Assembly: GCA_015680685.1 (NCBI GenBank)
Contig: MNCI01002829.1
Span: forward strand, 1-64,000
Length of the DNA: 64,000 nucleotides
Source of the DNA: Gnetum montanum
Lineage: Eukaryota; Plantae; Gnetophyta
Direction: 5' to 3'
Part shown: positions 58,801 to 64,000 of the stretch, piece by piece
Layout of the letters: every line of letters begins with the position of its first letter
How positions within the stretch are numbered: position 1 is the first letter of the stretch
Translations under genes and position numbers: made by a program
Notes under the pieces: model-generated
What the model was told of the DNA's origin: nothing
What the model saw: the letters and a program-made list of their open reading frames with translations, nothing else
The model's database searches: none

Positions 58801-60726
58801 ATGTATGAGTAAAATAATTTTTTCTAGTTTTTTTTTCACCAATACAATGTTCACACTGGAAATATGAAGGATTTTAATTGATAAACAAAGTTGGATACAA
58901 AGATTTGAGATAAAAAAAACTAGGGTAACTAAGGCATTTGTGCCAAAGTATTATTTCTGAACTAGGAGAGGTTGAAAGGGAGACATTTTCACAAGATTGA
59001 ATTTTTAAGAAAAACTAGCATCATTGAAAATGTAGAGACCATATTTCTCCTTAGTACTGCCAATCATCCTCCCTAAAGATAAGTCCTAGAACACACAAAG
59101 AGAAGGGGAAAATGTTACTACACGCTTTTGATCTTTTGACAATTTGCTGGCAGAGAGGAGATTATACTTTAACTCTAGAACATAGTAAATAGATCTTAAA
59201 TTCATCCTAGAAATATCAATTGACCCACAACCTACTATTCTTGATATAGTACCATCAACTATAGTGATCTTAATATTGTCATGACACTCCTTTAATTATG
59301 AGAATAAATTGTTGTTTCCAGAAATGTGATCTAAAGCACCAGTGTCAATAATCCACTTATCATTTACATGGTAATGTGTAAAACATGAAGTACTTAGTTT
59401 ACATCTATGTGCAACAGAGGCTATGGGAGTCTTTGATGATGTGTTGACCTCCTTAAGCAGGTTGGAATTGCTCAATATTGATTGTAACACTTTAATTTGT
59501 TTAGTAGTGATATTAAGATTACTAGACTTATCATTTTCTACAATAGTGTCAATAGCAAGTGCTTTGTTTGGATCCTAGTGATTCTGTGGCTTGTAATTTT
59601 GTGGCTATCCATGGATTTTGAAGTAGGTATCCCATGTATGATTCATCTTGTGGCAGTGATCACACCCTAGCTTCTCCTTCTTGGATCTTTGACTCCTTTG
59701 ATGTTGCTTGCTTTGGTGTGTGACAAGGGTTGATCCTACTGAAGGAGCATCTATTCTAATTGGAAGCATAACATTCTTCCTGCTTTCCTCTCTTCTTACT
59801 TTAGTGAAAGCCTCATGAATGGTGGGAAAGGCTTTGTGCTGAACACTTTGCCCTATACATTATCCAACTCTTTATTTAGCCCTTGTAAAAAATCAAAGAT
59901 CTGCTTCTTCTCAATCATCTGAGCAAACTTGATCTATCTTTAGGACTCTCCCATTGCATTTCATAAAATAAATCCATCTCCTACCATAATTCAGTCAAAG
60001 AATTAAAATAATTAGTGACTGATTTGTGTCCTTGTTGTATCTCATGAAGCTTCAAGCGTATTTCAAAACACTGTGACGTGTTTTCCATATCCGAGTAGAT
60101 TTCTTAAACTACTAACCATATGTCTATGGTAATTTTGTAGAACAAATATGTCCTTCCAATTTGTGGCCCCATCAAATTAACTAACCAAGCCATCACTATG
60201 GAATTTTCGACATCCCAAGTATGATAGGCAGGGTCAATAGATTCAGGAGGTAAAATTGTACCAGTGACATATCTGAACTTTCCTTTGCCTTTGAGGACAA
60301 GAAAAATAGACTGAAACCATTCCTAGAAGTTGGTTCCATTAAGTTTGTGATGGGTTATTTGAAGAGAACAATTTTCAAAGGGTTGAGAAGAAGAAGATAA
60401 AGGATTCCAGATAGTTGTCGCTGGCATGTTTTCAAGTGTGCTGGGTGAAGAGGATTTGGAAGAAGAATTTTTTTCGGCCATTTAACTTGGGCTCTGATAC
60501 CATGACCAAAGAGATGAAATGAAATAGATCTCTTTATTGAAGTTTATGAAAGATTAAATACAAGGATTTATAGACCAACTTTATTCTGTATTTCAAGAAA
60601 CAAACTAAAAAGAAAACCAATCTCCTAGAAATCAGAAAAATGGAAGCTATAAATCAGGGAAAACCAACTTCACAAAAAACTGCAATTAATCCCACAAAAT
60701 CAAGAATTTACTCAGTCTTTCCAATA
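55879..60726 (-). mobile_element. Complete Ty1/copia element, Ale/Retrofit-like, 4848 bp, inactivated
   Basis: 224-bp LTRs 55879-56102 and 60503-60726; TSD GGATG at 55874-55878 and 60727-60731; tRNA-iMet PBS TGGTATCAGAGCC abutting the 5' LTR; PPT at 56103-56110. Confidence 0.95.
56110..60481 (-). pseudogene. copia gag-pol with many stops and frameshifts
   Basis: HKLNGTNF gag, zinc knuckle, WIIDTGA protease, integrase, QMDVKNAFLNG / LYGLKQS / LYVDD RT, DQEADILTKAL RNase H. Confidence 0.93.
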
Positions 60727-63096
60727 GGATGTAAGGTATTTAACCATGTCTGCAATAGGTTCTTATGTCAATTATGATTAAAATGACCATCATACCCATT
60801 CACCCAAGTTTTAGACCAAGTCCATACCATTAACAATGATCTCACATTAATGTGTTCCTTCTTGCTAGCCATCATGAGCCCATAACCACCATAGAGAATT
60901 AGCATTACTTCAAAAAGAAAAGAAGGAAGGAAAGGCCTTATTTAGAGGGGTGCCTTCAAGCATGGGTAACATGTCTTTCTAGTCCCATAAATAGTGCTTG
61001 TGGCCGATTATTATGTCTAAGGGGTGTGCCTTGAATTCCCATTCTTTTTTTTCTTTTTCTCTATTTCTTTTTCTTTCTTTCTTTCTTTCTTTTAAATGGA
61101 AATCACACCAGACAAAGACATGCTTCATGTTTATTGGTTAATGATAGGAGTGATGACATGTTTCATGAGAAGTCATAAACCACAAGAAGGAAGTCAAGAA
61201 GAAAACCCAACAAATCCCCTTGAGATCACATCCTTCTCCATTTCCACTTGGTCTTTCCTCCTTTATTGCCAGGCATTATGATCATGAATTAATTTTAGTT
61301 TTATGTGAGAAGAACCATATTTCTTTCATGGTAAAGACCTTTTATTTATAGAACTGAAGGGATGGATGATGTGGTCTTACTACATTACATAATTATTCAC
61401 CTAATCGTCTTGATATCATAGGACAAAAACCTAACACATGGTGTTGACTTCTGCATCATGATTGGCAACAATGTTATTAACAAAAATGTAGTAGACATTC
61501 ATAAAACATTAAATAAATGACTTGATAAAAGAGAAATTTATAAATAAAAGAAAAATAACAAGAAATGAAAAATATATGAAGAAATAAGAAAAGGATAAAA
61601 AATTGTAAAGCAAAAAAGTGAAAATGCACTTATTAGTTCTTAATTCAAGATGCGGCATCTCCTCCATGACTAAACTCATGGACAAGCATTCAAAAAATGG
61701 ACTACACATTCCCTTGGTTATACACCATAATTTTTCCATTTATCATCTTTAATGATTTAATTTTTCACTTGGTATCACATTTAACATTGATGATAATTAC
61801 ATTTTGATCATTTGGAGACAAATCTTTAGCTAGACTAAAAAGTGTTTCTTTTTAAGGGGTCAAGACATGTTTATTTTCTATTTTAGTTCTTGTGTCTCCT
61901 TGTTTAACATCTTCTTTTGGTGTATAGACAGAGTATAAGATGTTCTTTTCCAAGTCCTATGTTTGGTTCATTTTCCTAAGACAAGAACTAATAAGTGGGT
62001 TGGATGTTTCCATGCATCTTTTAAACAATTTTGTATTCTCATTTTTGAGCCACTGGATGTCTTTTGATTTAGTGCCTATTATGTAGACTTGGTTTTGCAC
62101 ACATAATTTTTCCTTAAGTTTGTTGTGGATTGGTATAAAAATTATGTTACTACTTTGAACTTTTGGCCTCACAATTGCATCCTTTATCATTATTAGTAAT
62201 GCATGGAATTCTCTATCTCTCCATAGTGATAGGTTCACCTTTTATGTTTTATGTCAAAGTGGGAATGGTTATTGGATTTTGTGTAGGATTAGGAGACATT
62301 ATTTTTGTGAGGAAGGGGGTTGCACCAGATTGTCCTTGTGCTAGTTCTGATAAGATAGTAGGTATACTAGTTTTATTCACATGTGTGGAAACTATTCTAA
62401 AGAAAGGATGTTTTTGAGATTTTTGTTGAGATCTATCAACATTATCATTCACTTGTATGTTCACGACACAAGTTGCATTTTTTTGTTGAGGTCATGGTGC
62501 CAATCCTTCCTACATTGTTGATGGTGACATATGATGGAGGAAAGTATGAGAGTGCTGAGGATGCGACATATGATGAGAGACATGGAATGGTGTTCTCATA
62601 GGAGATGTTAGAGGTTGATGATATTTAGGAGAGTAGTAGTAGTGATTTGAGGTAGAGCAAATAGATTCATTTGGAAAAATAGGTTGTTGAACATAGTATC
62701 CATAAGGGTCTAGTTGGCAATAAGGGTATTGCTGGTTTGTTGATGGCACCCCCCCACCCCCCCACAAATGTAGGTTTTGCCACTCTGATTAATAGTAGTC
62801 TTGAGGTTGATAAGAAGTCTTATTAGGATAGTCTTGTTGGTTATAAGACTATCTGTAATTCCCTTGTGGGTAAGGTAAATCTCTTAGGCATTTTCTTTTC
62901 TACAAACTTAGGATTTAAAGAAAAAGCCCCAAACTCTTGTAAATGTAACATAACTAGGTAATAGCCCTTTGGATGTTCATATTGGCAGATGTCACATCCA
63001 TCATTCTCTTCTGTATATGAGTCTGTAACCTCTTTTACTACAACTATCTTTCATTTTTGCTGATAAGTGTCCTTACATGTTTCTCTGTTCTTTTTC

Positions 63097-64000
63097 TGAT
63101 GAGCGGCGAGGTATCCCTATGCTCAACCATATGAATATGAGCATACACACACGATTTGGTTAAATTCCAAGGACTAAGTGCTTATGCACCTTTGTGGAAC
63201 AAGGACAAGTTAGTCAATCGTTGTCTTCTCAAGTTTACTTGTATGGCACGATTGTATGGTTAAGTAAACTTGAGGTATATGATTTTTATGGCTTTTATAT
63301 TTTTATGTCCTAGTGCTACAAAGGGAGGAGAGAGATAACTAAGTAACTAATTTAATTTAATTACTCAACTATGCTTTAACTAGTCCTAATACCAGCATCC
63401 ATTCTCACTTTCCGTACACATCCTAAACCAGTGCACACTACTGGGATTACCAAATGCTAATCGTTACAGGGTTACCAAGCATTACACGCATGCTCGAAGT
63501 GGTTGTACTGAGTGTGCTTACTTAGGAGAGTTGTAGGGTAAGAGAGAGAACATTAATTAATTAAGGAAAGCATTAAGTAACAACAATTAACATTAATTCA
63601 TCTATTCTGAATGTTGCAAGGTTTATCACAAAGTTTGTCTTTATTGCTATACACAAGGTGTGCTTAAGTACAGAATGCTCGAATAAAGATCCATTCACTT
63701 TATGACTCCTACTGCAGGCATTCAGAAATAATTCTATCTCTGGAAAGGGAAAAAGACAAGAGTTTGGGTAAGGGACTAAGACTAATTACCAAAACCAAGT
63801 GCACCCACCTCTTATTTATAGGTAATGAGGCAGGTCCCGATATCGCGTGGAAGGCTCCGATATCACAGATGTAATATTACGGTTCATCATACCCTCATGA
63901 TTGAATAAAAACTCATCCTTGAGTTTCGTACAAAATATTGTGAAGGTATGGGATTATTGACTAAATGACACTGACAGTGAAATGGGATGATAGACTTAAA
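63097..64000 (-). mobile_element. 3' LTR (63097-63889), PPT and 3' internal end of another Athila-like copy (D) extending past the window
   Basis: TGATGAGC...TTCATCA termini; 63890-64000 is the reverse complement of the pre-LTR region 54010-54144. Confidence 0.85.

Larger units (their letters stand above)
55013..63096 (-). mobile_element. Old decayed minus-strand gypsy (Athila-like gag/pol remnants) hosting the copia and the 63097 insertion
   Basis: gag remnant CDICQYEHPKG at ~62965-63000 and P/Q/Y-rich tract 62500-62870; RNase H TDASNYALG-like remnant at ~55810-55840. Confidence 0.6.

Overview
Eukaryotic land-plant nuclear DNA with 5 large N-gaps (the species cannot be determined; the style suggests a non-model, possibly seed-free plant). 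One host gene sits in a ~12.6-kb CpG-retaining island (~23.5-36.2 kb). It is a 4-coding-exon, ~506-aa LAX PANICLE2/Gnp4-like protein with a C-terminal RAWUL domain, no RING finger and an EAR-like LxLxL motif; its last exon lies 5.6 kb downstream in CpG-depleted DNA. Both flanks are nested, mostly decayed transposons. Left: a young Tat-like Ty3/gypsy (tRNA-Asn PBS, gag-protease, 70/216-bp tandem array) inserted in two nested Athila-like copies, next to an older gypsy carrying a long antisense ORF, plus RTE-LINE and SINE-like fragments. Right: a hAT remnant, a near-full-length Athila-like element (45368-~55012), a complete Ale-like copia with GGATG target-site duplication (55879-60726) inside an older gypsy, and the 3' LTR of another Athila-like copy. 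The best leads are (i) a Polycomb-response-element-like RY/GA/telobox island upstream of a RING-less PRC1-domain repressor, (ii) a ~300-aa Gag N-terminal extension with a conserved motif plus an RS-rich tract in the Athila-like family, and (iii) swapped U3 repeat modules among that family's LTRs. Coordinates of decayed elements are approximate, and family names come from motif recognition, not database searches.
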